From the human T2T-CHM13v2.0 reference genome, Homo sapiens: 64,000 bases of DNA. The number at the start of each line of letters is the position of its first letter. Position 1 is the stretch's first letter. Below the pieces are notes generated by a model that searched no databases, was not told where the DNA came from, and saw nothing but the letters and a program-made list of their open reading frames with translations. The DNA lies in the NCBI RefSeq assembly GCF_009914755.1, contig NC_060938.1. One strand, given 5' to 3'. The translations under genes were made by a program, and so were the position numbers. This document shows, in pieces, positions 23,392 to 40,300 of this stretch.

Positions 23392-26300
23392 AAAAGAGTG
23401 TTTCAAAACTTCTCTTTCAAAAGAAAAGTTCAACTCTGTGAGTTGAGTACACACATCACAAAGTAGTTACGGAGAATTCTTCTGTCTACTTTTTGTGGGA
23501 AGATATTTCCTTTTCCACCATAGGCCTCAAAGCACTCCAAGTTTCCACTTACAGATTCTACAAAAAGAGTGTTTCAAAACTGTTCTATGAAAGGGAATGT
23601 TCAACTCTGTGAGTTGAATGCAAACTTCATAAAGAAGTTTCTGAGAATGCTTCTGTCTAGTTTTTATGTGAAGATATTCCTGTTTCCAAAGAAAGCCTCA
23701 AAGCTATCCAAATATCCACTTGCAGATTCTACAAAAAGAGTGTTTCAAAACTGCTGTATCAAAAGAATGGTTCCCTTCTGTCAGTTGACTACACACATCA
23801 CAAAGGAGTTTCTGAGAATGTTTCTGTCTAGTTTTTATGTGAAGATATTTCCTTTTTCACCATAGGCCTCGAAGCACTCCTAATGTCCACTTCCAGATAC
23901 TACAAAAAGAGTGTTTCAGAACTGCTCTATCAAAAGAAAGGTTCAACTCGGTGAGTTGAATGCACACATCACAACGAAGTTTCTGAGAATGTTTCTCTCT
24001 AGTTTTTATGTGAAGATATTCCCGTTTCCATGGAAGGCCTCAAAGCAGGTTAAACATCCACTTGCAGATTCTACGAAAAGAGTGTTTCAAAACTTCTCTT
24101 TCAAAAGAAAAGTTCAACTCTGTGAGTTGAGTACACACATCACAAAGTAGTTACTGAGAATTCTTCTGTCTAGTTTTTATGCAAAGATATTTCCTTTTTC
24201 ACCATAGGCGTAAAAGTGCTCCTTCAAAAATAGTGTTTCAAAACTGCTCTATGAAAAGAAATGTTCAACTCTGTGAGTTGAATGCAAACTTCATAAAGAA
24301 GTTTCTGAGAATGCTTCTGTCTAGTTTTTATATGAAGATATTCCCGTTTCCAAAGAAAGACTCAAAGCTATCCAAATAACCACTTGCAGATTCTACAAAA
24401 AGAGTGATTCAAAACTGCTGTATCAAAAGAAAGGTTCAACTCCGTGAGTTGACTACACACATCACAAAGAAGTTTCTGAGAATGCTTCTGTCTAGTTTTT
24501 ATATGAGGATATTTCCTTTTTCACCTTAGGCCTCAAAGCGCTCCAAATGCCCATTTCCAGATACTACCAAAAGAGTGTTTCAAAACTGCTTTATGAAAGG
24601 GAATGTTCAACTCTGTGAGTTGAATGCAAACATCACAAAAAAACTTCCTGAGAATGCTTCTGTCTAGTTTTTATGTGAAGATATTCCCGTTTCCAACGAA
24701 GGAATCAAAGCAGGCTAAATATCCACTTGCAGATTCTAAGAAAAGAGTGTTTCAAAACTTCTCTTTCAAAAGAAAATTTCAACTCCGTGAGTTGAGTACA
24801 CACATAACGAAGTAGTTTCTGAGAATACTTCTGTCTAGTTTTTATGGGAAGATATTTCCTTTTTCACCATAGGCCTCAAAGCGCTCCAAGTTTCCACTTA
24901 CAGATTCTGCAAAAAGAGTGTTTCAAAATTGCTCAATGAAAGGAATGTTCAACTCTGTGAGTTGAATGCAAACTTCATAAAGAAGTTTCTGAGAATGCTT
25001 CTGTCTAGTTTTTATGTGAAGATATTCCCGTTCCCAATGAAAGCCTCAAAGCTATCCAAATAACCACCTGCAGATTCTACAAAACGAGTGTTACAAACTG
25101 CTGTATCAAAAGAAAGGTTCAGCTCTGTGAGTTGACTACACACATCACAAAGAAGTTTCAGAGAATGCTTCTGTCTAGTTTTTATGTGAGGATATTTCCT
25201 CTTTCACCGCAGGCCTCGAAGCACTCCAAATGTGCACTTCCAGATACTACAAAAAGAGTGTTTCAGAACTGCTCTATCAAAAGAAAGGTTCAACTCTATG
25301 AGTTGAATGCACACATCACAACGAAGTTTCTGAGAATGTTTCTGACTAGTTTTTATGTGAAGATTTTCCCGTTTCCAACAAAGGTCTCAAAGCAGGGTAA
25401 ATATCCACTTGCAGATTCTATGAAAAGAGTGTTTCAAAACTTCTCTTTCAAGAGAAAAGTTCAAGTCTGTGAGTTGAGTACACACATCACAAAGTGGTAA
25501 CTGAGAATTCTTCTGTCTAGTTTTTATGGGAAGATATTTCCTTTTTCACCTTAGGCCTAAAAGCGCTCCATATTTCCAATTACAGATCCTAGAAAAAGAG
25601 TGTTTAAAAACTGCTCTATGAAAGGGAATGTTCAACTCTGTGAGTTGAATGCAAACTTCATAAAGAAGTTTCTGAGAATGCTTCTGTCTAGTTTTTATGT
25701 GAAGATATTCCCATTTCGAAAGAAAGCCTCAAAGCTACTCAAATAACCATTTGCAGATCCTACAAAAAGAGTGTTTCAAAACTGCTTTATCAAAAGAAAG
25801 GTTCAACTCTGTGAGTTGACTACACACATCACAAAGAAGTTTCTGAGAATGCTTCTGTCTAGTTTTTATGTGAGGATATTTCCTTTTTCACCATAGGCCT
25901 CAAAGCGCTCCAAATGTCCATTTCCAGATACTACCAAAAGAGTGTTTCAAAACTGCTGTATGAAAGGGAATGTTCAACTCTGTGAGTTGAATGCAAACAT
26001 CACAAAGAAGTTCCTGAAAATGCTTCCGTCTAGTTTTTACATGAAGATATTCCCGTTTCCAACGAAGGCCACAAAGCAGGCTAATTATCCACTTGCAGAG
26101 TCTACGAAAAGAGTGTTTCAAAAGTTCTCTTTCAAAAGAAAAGTTCAACTCTGTGAGTTGAGTACACACATCACAAAGTACTTTCTGAGAATTCTTCTGT
26201 CTAGTTTTTGTGGGAAGATATTTCCTTTTTCACCAGAGACCTCAAAGCACTCCAAGTTTCCACTTACACATTCTACAAAAAGAGTGTTTCAAAACTGTTC

Positions 26301-26480
26301 TATGAAAAGGAATTTTCAATTTTGTGGGTTGAATGCAATCATCACAAAGAAGTTTCTGAGAATGCTTCTGTCTAGTTGTTACTTGAACATATTTCCGTTT
26401 CCAATGAAAGAATCAAAGCTATCCATATATACACTTGCAGATTCTATAAAAAGAGTGTTACAAAACTGCTGTATCTAAAG
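23392..26480 (-). repeat. Alpha satellite, relic 4-mer/8-mer block (SF5-like, tentative)
   Basis: 171-bp monomers; marker TTCTCTTTCAA(A/G)AGAAAA recurs at about 684/666/682/683 bp; intact CENP-B boxes TCCCGTTTCCAACGAAG at 24685 and 26051. Confidence 0.9.
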
Positions 26481-29400
26481 AAAGCTTCAACTCTATGAGT
26501 TGAGTACACACAGCAGAAATAAGTTTCTGATCATGCCTCTGTCTAGTTTTCAGGTGAAGATATTTCCTTTTTCACCATTGGCCTCAAAGCGCAGCAAATG
26601 TCCACTTCCAGATACTACAAAAAGTGTGTTTCAAAACTGCTGTATGAAAAGGAATGTTCAACTCTGAGTTGACTGCAAGCATCACAAAGAAGTTTCTGAG
26701 AATGCTTCTGTCTACTTTTTATGGGAAGATATTCCTGTTGCCAATGAAATCCTCAAAGCTATCCAAATATCCACTTGCACATTCTACAAAAACAGTGTTT
26801 CAAAACTGCTCTATCAAAAGAAAGGTTCAACTGTGTTAGTTGAGTACACACATCACAAACAAGTTTCTGAGAATGCTTCTGTCTAGTTTTTATGGGAAGA
26901 TATTTCCTTTTTCACCATAGGCCACAAAGCGCTATAAATGTCCACTTCCAGATACTACAAAAAGAGTGTTGAAAACTGCTCTATGAAAGGGAATGTTCAA
27001 CACTGTGACTTGAATGCAGAAATCACAAAGAACTTTCTGAGAATGCTTCTGTCTACTTTTTATATGAAGATATTCCCGTTTCCAATGAAATCCTCAAAGC
27101 TATCCAAATATCCACCTGCAGATTCCACAAAAAGAGTGTTTCAAAACTGCTTTATGAAAATAAAGGTTCAACTCTGTTAGTTGAGTACACACATCACAAA
27201 CAAGTTGCTGAGAATACTTCTTTCTAGTTTTTATGGGAAGATATTCCCGTTTCCAACGAAATCCTCAAAGCTATCCAAATATGCACTTGCAGAGTCCACA
27301 AAAAGAGGGATTCCAATCTGATTTATGAGAAGGAAAGTTCAACTCTGTGAGTTGAGTACCCACACCACAAAGTAGTTTCAGAGAATGCTTCTGTCTAGTG
27401 TTTATGTGAAGACATTTCCGATTACAGCAAAATCATCAAAGCTATCCAAATATGCACTTGCAGACTCTACAAAAAGAGGGTTTCAAATCTGGTCTTTGAG
27501 AAGAAAAGTTCAACTCTGTGAGTTGAGTACACACATCACAATGAAGTTTCAGAGAATGCTTCTGTCTAGTTTTTATGTGAAGATATTCCCGTTTCCAGTG
27601 AAATCCTCAAAGCTAGCTAACTATCCACTTGCAGACTCTACAGAAAGAGTCATTCAAAACTGCTCTACCAAAAGAAAAGTTCAAATCTGTGAGTTGAGTA
27701 CACACATCACAAAATATTTTCTGTGAATACTTCTGTCTAGTTTTTATGGGAAGATATTTCCTTTTTCACCATAGGCCTCAAAGCGCTCCAAGTGTCCACT
27801 TCCAGGTAATACAAAAAGAGTGTGTCAAAATTGCTCTATCAAAAGAAATGTTCAACTCTGTGAGTTGAATGCAAGCATCACAACCACGTTTCTGAGGATA
27901 TTTCTGTCTAGTGTTTATGTGAAGATACACCGGTTACCAGGGAAGGCCTAAAAGCTGTCCAGATATCCACTTGCAAATTCTACAAAAAGAGTGTTTCAAA
28001 ACTGCTCAATCAAAAGAAAGGTTCAACTCTGTTAGTTGAGTACACACATCACAAACAAGTTTCTGAGAATGCTTCTGTCTAGTTTTTATGGGAAGATATT
28101 TCCTTTCTCACCATAGGCCTAAAAGCGCTCCAAAAGTCCAATTCCAGCTACTACAAAAAGAGTGTTTCAAACCTACTCTATGAAAATGAATGTTCAACTC
28201 TGTGACTTGAATGCAAACATCACAAAGAAGTTTCTGAGAATGCTTCTGTCTACTTTTTATCTGAAGATATACCCGTTTCCAACGAAATACACAAAGCTAT
28301 CCAAATATCCACTTGCAGATCCTACAAAAAGAGTGTTTCAACACTGCTCTATCAAAAGAAAGGATCAACTCTGTCAGTGGAGTACACACATCACAAACAA
28401 GTTTCTGAGAATGCTTCTGTCTAGTTTTTATGGGAAGAGATTTCATTTTTTCACCATAGGCCACAAGGTGCATAAAATGTCCACTTCCAGACACTAGAAA
28501 AAGAGTTTTTCAAACCTGCTCTATGAAAGGGAAAGTTCAACTCCGTGACGTCAACGCAAACATCACAAAGAAGTTTCTGAGAATGCCTCTGTCTACTTTT
28601 TATGAAGTTATTCCCGTTTCCAACGAAATCCTCAAAGCTATAAAAATATCCACTTGCAGATTCTACAAAGGATTGTTTCAATGCTGCTCTATCAAAAGAA
28701 AGGTTCAACTCTGTTAGTTGAGTACACACATCACAAACCAGTTTCTGAGAATGCTTGTGTCTAGTTTTCATGGGAAGATATTCCCTTTCTCTCCATAGGA
28801 CTCAAAGCGCACAAAATGTCCACTCCCAGATACTACAAAAAGAGTGTTTCAAACCTGCTCTGTGAAAGGGAATGTTCAAGTCACTGACTTGAATGCAAAC
28901 ATCACAAAGATGTTTCTCAGAATCAAACTGTCTAGATTTTATATGAAGATATACCCATTGCCAACGAAATCCTCAAACCTATCCAAATATCCACTTGCAG
29001 ATTCTACAAAAAGAGTGTTTCAAAACTGCTCTATCAAAAGAAACGTTCAACTCTCTTAGTTGAGTACACATATCGTGAACAAGTTTCTTAGAATGCTTCT
29101 GTTTAGTTTTTATGGGAAGATATATCCTTTTTCACCAAAGGCCACAAAGCGCTCCAACTGTCCACTTCCACATACTACAAAAACAGTGTTTCAAACCTTC
29201 TCTATAAAAGGGAATGTTCAACCCTGTGACTTGAATGCAAACATCACAAAGATGTTTCTGAGAATGCTTCTGTCTAGTTTTTATATGAAGATAATCCTGT
29301 TTCCAATGAAATCCTCAAAGCTATCTAAATATCCACTTGCAGATTCTACAAAAAGAGTGTTTCAAAACTGCTCTATCAAAAGAAAGTTTCAACTCTGTTA

Positions 29401-31332
29401 GTTGAGTACACACATCACAAACAAGTTTCTGAGAATGCTTCTGTCTAGTTTTTATGGGAAGACAATTCCTTTTTCACCAAAGGCCGCAAAGCACTCGAAA
29501 TGTCCACTTCCAGATACTACAAAAAGAGTGTTTCAAACCTCCTCTATGAAAGGGAATATTCAACTCTGTGACTTCAATGTAAACATCACAAAGAAATTTC
29601 TCAGTATGCTTCTATCTCCTTTTTATGTGAAGATATTCCCGTTTCCAATGAAATCCTCAAAGCTATCCAAATATCCACTTGCAGGTACTACAAAAAGAGT
29701 GTTTCCTAACTCCTCTATCAAAAGAAATGTTCAACTCTGTTAGTTGAGTACACACATCACAAAGAAGTTTCTGAGAATGCTTCTGTCTAGTTTTTATGGG
29801 AATATATTTCCTTTTTGAATATAGGCCTCAAACCGCTCCAAATGTCCACTTCCAGATACTACAAAAAGAGTGTTTCAAACCTGCTCTATGAAAGTGAATT
29901 TTCAACTCTGTGACTTGAATGCAATCATCACAAACTTGTTTCTTAGAATGCTTCTGTCTACATTTATATGAAGATATTCCCGTTTCCAACGAAATACACA
30001 AAGCTATCCAAATACCCACTTCCAGATTCTTCAAAAAGAGTGTTCATTACTGCTCTATCAAAAGAAACGTTCAACTCTGTTAGTTGAGTACACACATCAC
30101 AAACAAGTTTCTGAGAATGCTTCTGTCTAGTTTTTATGGGAAGATATTTGCTTTTTCACCAGAGGCCTCAAAGCACTCCAAATGTCCACTTCTAGATAAT
30201 ACAAAAAAAGTGTCTCCAACCTCCTCTATGAAAGGGAATTTTCAACTCTGTGACTTGAATGCAAACATCACTAAGAAGTTTCTGAGAATGCTTCTGTCTA
30301 GATTTTATATGAAGATATTCTCCTTTCCAACGAAATCCTCAAATCTATCCAAATATCCTCTTGCAGATTATACAAAAAGAGTGTTTCACAACTGCTCTAT
30401 CAAAAGAAAGGTTCAACTTTGTTAGTTGAGTACACACATCACAAAGAGGTTTCTGAGAATGCTTCTGTCTAGTTTTTATGGGAAGATAATTCCGTTTTCA
30501 CCATAGGCCTCAAAGCACTCCAAATGTCCACTTGCAGATACTACAAAAAGAGTGTCTCAAACCCGCTCTATGAAAGGGAATGTTCAAATCCGTGACTTGA
30601 ATACAAACATCACAAAGGAGTTTCTGAGAATGATTCTGTGTACTTTTTACATGAAAATATTCCCGTTTCCAACGAAATCCTCAAAGCTATCCAAATATCC
30701 TCTTGCAGATTCTACAAAAAGAGTGTTTCAAAACTCTGCTATCAAAAGAAAGTTTAAACTCTGTTAGTTGAGTACACACATTACAAACAAGTTTCTGAAA
30801 ATGTTTCTTTCTAGTTTTTATGGGAAGATATTTCCTTTTTTACTATAGGCCTCAAAGCGCTCCAAATGTCCACTTCCAGATACTACAAAAAGAGTGCTTC
30901 AAACCTGCTCTATGAAAGCGAATGCTCAACTCTGTGACTTGAATGCAAACATCACAAAGAAGTATCTGAGAATGCTTCTGTCTACTTTTTATATGGAGAT
31001 ATTCCCGTTTCCAATGAAATCCTCAAAGGTATCCAAATATCCACTTGCAGATTCTACAGAAAGATTTTTTCAAAACTGCTCTATCAAAAGAAAGGTTCAC
31101 CTCTGTTAATTGAGTACACACATCACAAACAAGTTTCTGAGAATGCTTCTGTCTAGTTTTTATGGGAAAATATTTCCTTTTTCACCATAGACCTCAACGT
31201 GCTCCAAATGTCCACTTCCAGATACTACAAAAGGAGTGTTTCAAACCTGCTCTATGAAAGGGAATGCTCAACTCTGTGAATTGAATGCCAACATCACAAA
31301 GAAGTTTCTGAGAATGCTGCTGTCTACTTTTT
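26480..31332 (-). repeat. Alpha satellite, divergent A/B dimeric layer
   Basis: 342-bp period (ORFs at 29060, 29402; 30552, 30894); alternating pJ-alpha-type (TTCCTTTTTCACCATAGG) and often-mutated CENP-B-type boxes. Confidence 0.93.
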
Positions 31333-31551
31333 TTTTCTTTTTTTTAATTATACTTTAAGTTTTAGGGTACATGTGCCCATTGTGCAGGTTAGTTACATAT
31401 GTATACATGTGCCATGCTGGTGCACTGCACCCACTAACTCATCATCTAGAATGAGGTATATTTCCTAGTGCTTTCCCTCCCCCCTGCCCCCACCCTACAA
31501 CAGTCCGCAGAGTGTGTTGTTCCCCTTCCTGTGTCCATGTGATCTCATTGT

Positions 31552-35374
<3,823 letters not shown>

Positions 35375-35437
35375 TAAGATGTTAGCTGGTTATTTTGCTC
35401 GTTAGTTGATGCAGTTTCTTCCTAGTCTCGATGGTCT

Positions 35438-36452
35438 TTACATTTTGGCATGATTTTTCAGTGGCTGGTACCGGTTGTTCCTTTCCATGTTTAGCGCTTC
35501 CTTCAGAAGCTCTTTTAGGGCAGGCCTGGTGGTGACAAAATCTCTCAGAATTTGCTTGTCTGTAAAGGATTTTATTTCTCCTTCACTTATGAAGCTTAGT
35601 TTGGCTGGATATGCAATTCTTGGTTGAAAATTCTTTTCTTTAAGAATGTTGAATATTGGCCCCCACTCTCTTCTGGCTTATAAGGTTTCTGCTGAGGGAT
35701 CCATTGTTAGTCTGATGGGCTTTCCTTTGAGGGTAACCCGACCTTTCTCTCTGGCTGCCCTTAACAATTTTTCCTTCATTTCAAATTTGGTGAATCGGAC
35801 AATTATGTGTCTTGGAGTTGCTCTTCTCGAGGAGTATCTTTGTGGTGTTCTCTGTATTTCCTGAATCTGAACGTTGGCCTGCCTTGCTAGATTGGGGAAG
35901 TTCTCCTGGATAATATCCTGCAGAGTGTTTTCCAATTTGGTTCCAATCTCCCCATCACTTTCAGGTACACCAATCAGATGTAGATTTGTTCTTTTCACAT
36001 AGTCCCATATTTCTTGGAGGCTTTGCTCATTCCTTTTTATTCTTTTTTCTCTAAACTTCCCTTCTCACTTCATTTCATTCATTTCATCTTCCATCGCTGA
36101 TACCCTTTCTTCCACTTGATCACATCGGCTCCTGAGGCTTCTGCATTCTTCATGTAGTTCTCGAGCCTTGGTTTTCAGCTCCATCAGCTCCTTTAAGCAC
36201 TTCTCGGTATTGGTTATTCTAGTTATACATTCTTCTAAATTTTTTCAAAGTTTTCAACTTCTTTGCCTTTGGTTTGAATGTCCTCCCATAGCTCAGAGTA
36301 ATTTGATCATCTGAAGACTTCTTCTCTCAGCTCATCAAAGTCATTCTCCATCCAGCTTTGTTCGGTTGCTGGTGAGGAACTGCGTTCCTTTGGAGGAGGA
36401 GAGGCGCTCTGCTTTTAGAGTTTCCAGTTTTTCTGTTCTGTTTTTTCCCCAT
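35438..36452 (-). pseudogene. L1 ORF1p, frameshifted
   Basis: ATGGGGAAAAAACAGAAC at 36452 to ...AAAATGTAA at 35438; 1,015 bp, not a multiple of 3; fragment 35678..35998 'IIQENFPNLARQANVQIQEIQRTP'. Confidence 0.92.
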
Positions 36453-36908
36453 CTTTGTGGTTTTATCTACTTTTGGTCTTTGATGATGGTGATGTACAGA
36501 TGGGTTTTTGGTGTGGATGTCCTTTCTGTTTGTTAGTTTTCCTTCTAACAGACAGGACCCTCAGCTGCAGGTCTGTTGGAATACCTTGCGGTGTGAGGTG
36601 TCAGTGTGCCCCTGCTGGGGGGCTGCCTCCCAGTTAGGCTGCTCAGGGGTCAGGGGTCAGGGACCCACTTGAGGAGGCAGTCTGCCAGTTCTCAGATCTC
36701 CAGCTGCATGCTGGGAGAACCACTGATCTCTTCAAAGCTGTCAGACAGGGATATTTAAGTCTGCAGAGGTTACTGCTGTCTTTCTGTTTGTCTGTGCCCT
36801 GCTCCCAGAGATGGAGACTACAGAGGCAGGCAGGTCTCCTTGAGCTGTGGTGGGCTCCGCAGAGTTGGAGCTTCCCAGCTGCTTTGTTTACCTAATCAGG
36901 CCTGGGCA

Positions 36909-37216
36909 ATGGCGGGTGCCCACCCCCAGCCTCACTGCCGCCTTGCACTTTGATCTCAGACTGCTGTGCTAGCAACCAGCGAGACTCCGTGGGCGTAGGA
37001 CCCTCCAAGCCAGGTGCGGGATATAATCTCGTGGTGCGCCATTTTTTAAGCATGTCGGAAAAGCGCAGTATTCGGGTGGGAGTGACACGATTTTACAGGG
37101 GCCATACATCAACCCTTTCTTTGACTCGGAAAGGGAACTCCCTGACCCCTTGTGCTTCCCAAGTGAGACAATTCCTCACCGTGCTTCAGCTTGCACACAG
37201 TGCGTGCACCCACTGA
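36909..37216 (+). pseudogene. L1 antisense ORF0, frameshifted near its start
   Basis: ATGGCGGGTGCC at 36909 reaches TGA after 14 codons; body 'ISDCCASNQRDSVGVGPS' is in another frame (36950..37216). Confidence 0.8.
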
Positions 37217-37318
37217 CCTGCACCCACTGTCTGGCACTCCCTAGTGAGATGAACCCAGTACCTCAGATGCAAATGCAGAAATCACCGTCTTCTGCGTTGC
37301 TCACTCTGGCAACTGTAG

Positions 37319-40300
37319 TCTGTTGACTTTTTATATGAACATATTCCCGTTTCCAACGAATTCCTCAAAGCTATGCAAATATCCACTTGCAGATTCTACA
37401 AAAAGAGTGCTCCAAAACTGCTCTATCAAAAGAAAGGTTCAACTCTGTTAGTTGAGTACATGCATCACAAACAAGGTTCTGAGAATGCTCCTGTCTAGTT
37501 TTTATGGGAAGATATTTCCTTTTTCACCATAAGCCTCAAAGCACTCCAAATGTCCACTTCCAGATACTACAAAAAGAGTGTTTCAAACCTGTTCTATGAA
37601 AGGGAATGTTCAACTCTATGATTTGAATGCAAACATCACAAAGATGTTTCTGAGAATACTTCTGTCTAGATTTTAAATGAAGATATTACGGCTTCCAAAG
37701 AAATCCTCAAAGCTATTCAAATATCCACTTCCAGATTCTACTAAAAGAGTGTCTTAAAACTGCTCTAGCAAAAGAAAGGTTCAACTCTGTTAGTAGAGTA
37801 CACACATCACAAACATATTTCTGAGAATGCTTCTGTCTAGTTTTTATGGGAAGATATTTCATTTTTCACCATAGGCATCAAAACGCTCTAAATGTCCACT
37901 TCCAAATACTACAAAAAGAGTGCTTCCAACCTGCTCTATGAAAGGGAATGTTCAACTCTGTGACTGCGATGCAAAGGTCACAAGGATGTTTCTCAGAATG
38001 CTTCTCACTAGATTTTATATGAAGATATTCCCGTTTCCAACGAAATCCTCAAAGCTATCCAAATCTTCACTTGCAGATTCTACAAAAAGAGTGTTTCAAA
38101 ACTGCTCTATAAAAAGAAAGTTTCAACTCTGTTAATTGAGGACACACAATACAAATAAGTTTCTGAGAATGCTTCTGTCTAGTTTTTCTGGGAAGATATT
38201 TCTTTTTTCACCATAGACCTCAAAGCGCTATAAACGTCCACTTCCAGTTACTACAAAAAGAGTGTTTCAAATCTGCTCTATTAAAGGGAATGTTCAACTC
38301 TGTGACTTGAACGCAAACATCACAAAGAAGTTTCTGAGAATGCTAGTGTCTACTTTTTATATGTATTCCCGTTTCCAACGAAATCCTCAAAGCTATCCAA
38401 ATATCCACTTGCAGATTACACAAAAAGAGTGTTTCAGAACTACTCTACCAATAGAAAGGTTCAACTCTGTTAGTTGAGTAAATACATCATAAACAAGTTT
38501 CTGAGATTGCTTCTACCTAGTTTTTATGGGAAGATATTTCCTTTTTCACCATAGGCCTCAAAGCGGTCCAAACATCCACTTCCAGATACTACAAAAAGAG
38601 TATTTCAAACCTGCTCTATGAAAGGGAATGTGCTCTATGAGTTGAATGCAAACATCTGAAAGAAGTTTCTGAGAATGCTTCCGTGTAGATTTTATATGAG
38701 GATATTCCTGTTTCCAACGAAATCTTCAAATCTATCCAAATATCCAATTGCAGATTCTACAAAAAGAGTGTTTCCAAACTGCTGTATCAAAAGAAAGGTT
38801 CAACCCTGTTACTTGAGGACTCACATCCCAAATAAGTTTCTGAGAATGCTTCTGTCTAGTTTTTATGGGAAGATATTTCCTTTTTCACCATAGGCGTCAA
38901 AGCGCTCAAAATCTCCCCTTCCAGATACTACAAAAAGAGTGTTTTAAACCTGCTCTATGAAAGGGCATGTTCAAATCTATGAGTTGAATGCAAACATCAC
39001 AAAGAAGTTTCTGAGAATGCTTCTGTCTAGATTTTATATGAAGATATACCAGTTTCCAAAAAATCTTCAAAGTTATCCAAATATCCACTTGCAGATTCTA
39101 CAAAAAGAGTGTTTCCCAACTGCTGTACCAAAAGAAAGGTTCAACTCTGTTAGTTGAGGACACACATCACAAATAAGTTCCTGAGAATTCTTCCGTCTAG
39201 TTTTTATGGGAAGATATTTCCTTTTTCACCATAGGCCTAAAAGTGCTCGAAATGTCCAGTTCCAGATACTAGAGAAAGAGTGTTTCAAACCTACTCTATG
39301 AAAGGGAATGTTCGACTCTGTAACTTGAATGCAAACAACACAGAGAAGGTTCTCAGAATGCTGCTGTCTACTTTTTATATGTATTCCCATTTCCAACGAA
39401 ATCCTCAAAGCTATCGAAATATCTACTTGCAGATTCCACAAAAAGAGTGTTTCAAAACTGCTCTATCAATGGAAAGGTTCAAATCTGTTAGTTGAGTACA
39501 TACATAACAAAAAAGTTTCGGAGAATGCTTCTGTATTATTTTTATGGGAAGATATTTCCTTTTTCACCATAGGCCTCAATGCGCTCTAAATGTCTACTCC
39601 CAGATACAACAAAAAGAGTGTTTCAAACCTCCTCTGTGAAAGGGAATCTTTAACACTGTGACTAGAATGCAAATATCACAAAGATGTTTCTCAGAATGCT
39701 TCTGTCTAGATTTTATATGAAGATATTCCCATTTCCAATGAAATCCTCAAAGCTATCCAAATATCCACTTGCAGATACTGCTCTGTGAAAAGAATGTTTC
39801 AACTCTGTTAGTTGAGTACACACATCACAAACCAGTTTCGGACAATGCTTCTGTCTAGTTTTTATGGGAAGACATATCCTTTTTCACCATAGGCCTCAAA
39901 GCACTCGAAATATCCATTTCCACATACTACAAAAAGTGTGTTTCAAACCTGCTCTACAAAAGGGAATGTTCAACTCTATGAGTTGAATGCAAACATCACA
40001 AAGAATTTTCTGAGAATGCTTCTGTCTAGATTTTATATGAAGATATTCCCTTTCCCACTGAAATATTCAAAGCTATCCAAATATCCACTTGCACATTCTA
40101 CAAAAAGAGTGTTTCAAAACTGCTGTTTCAAAAGAAAGGTTCAAATCTGTTAGTTGAGGAAACACATCACAAATAAGTTTCTGAGAATTCTTCTGTCTAG
40201 TTTTTATGGGAAGATATTTCATTTTTCACCAAAGGCCGCAAAGCACTCGAAATGTCCACTTCCAGATACTACAAAAAGAGTGTTTCAAGCCAGCTCTATG

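Noticed and set aside
37278-37295. GAAGACGGTGATT, resembling the L1HS Ta-1d single-G deletion
   Set aside because: 3'UTR carries GAG rather than ACA and the element is heavily mutated; an independent 1-bp loss is more likely.
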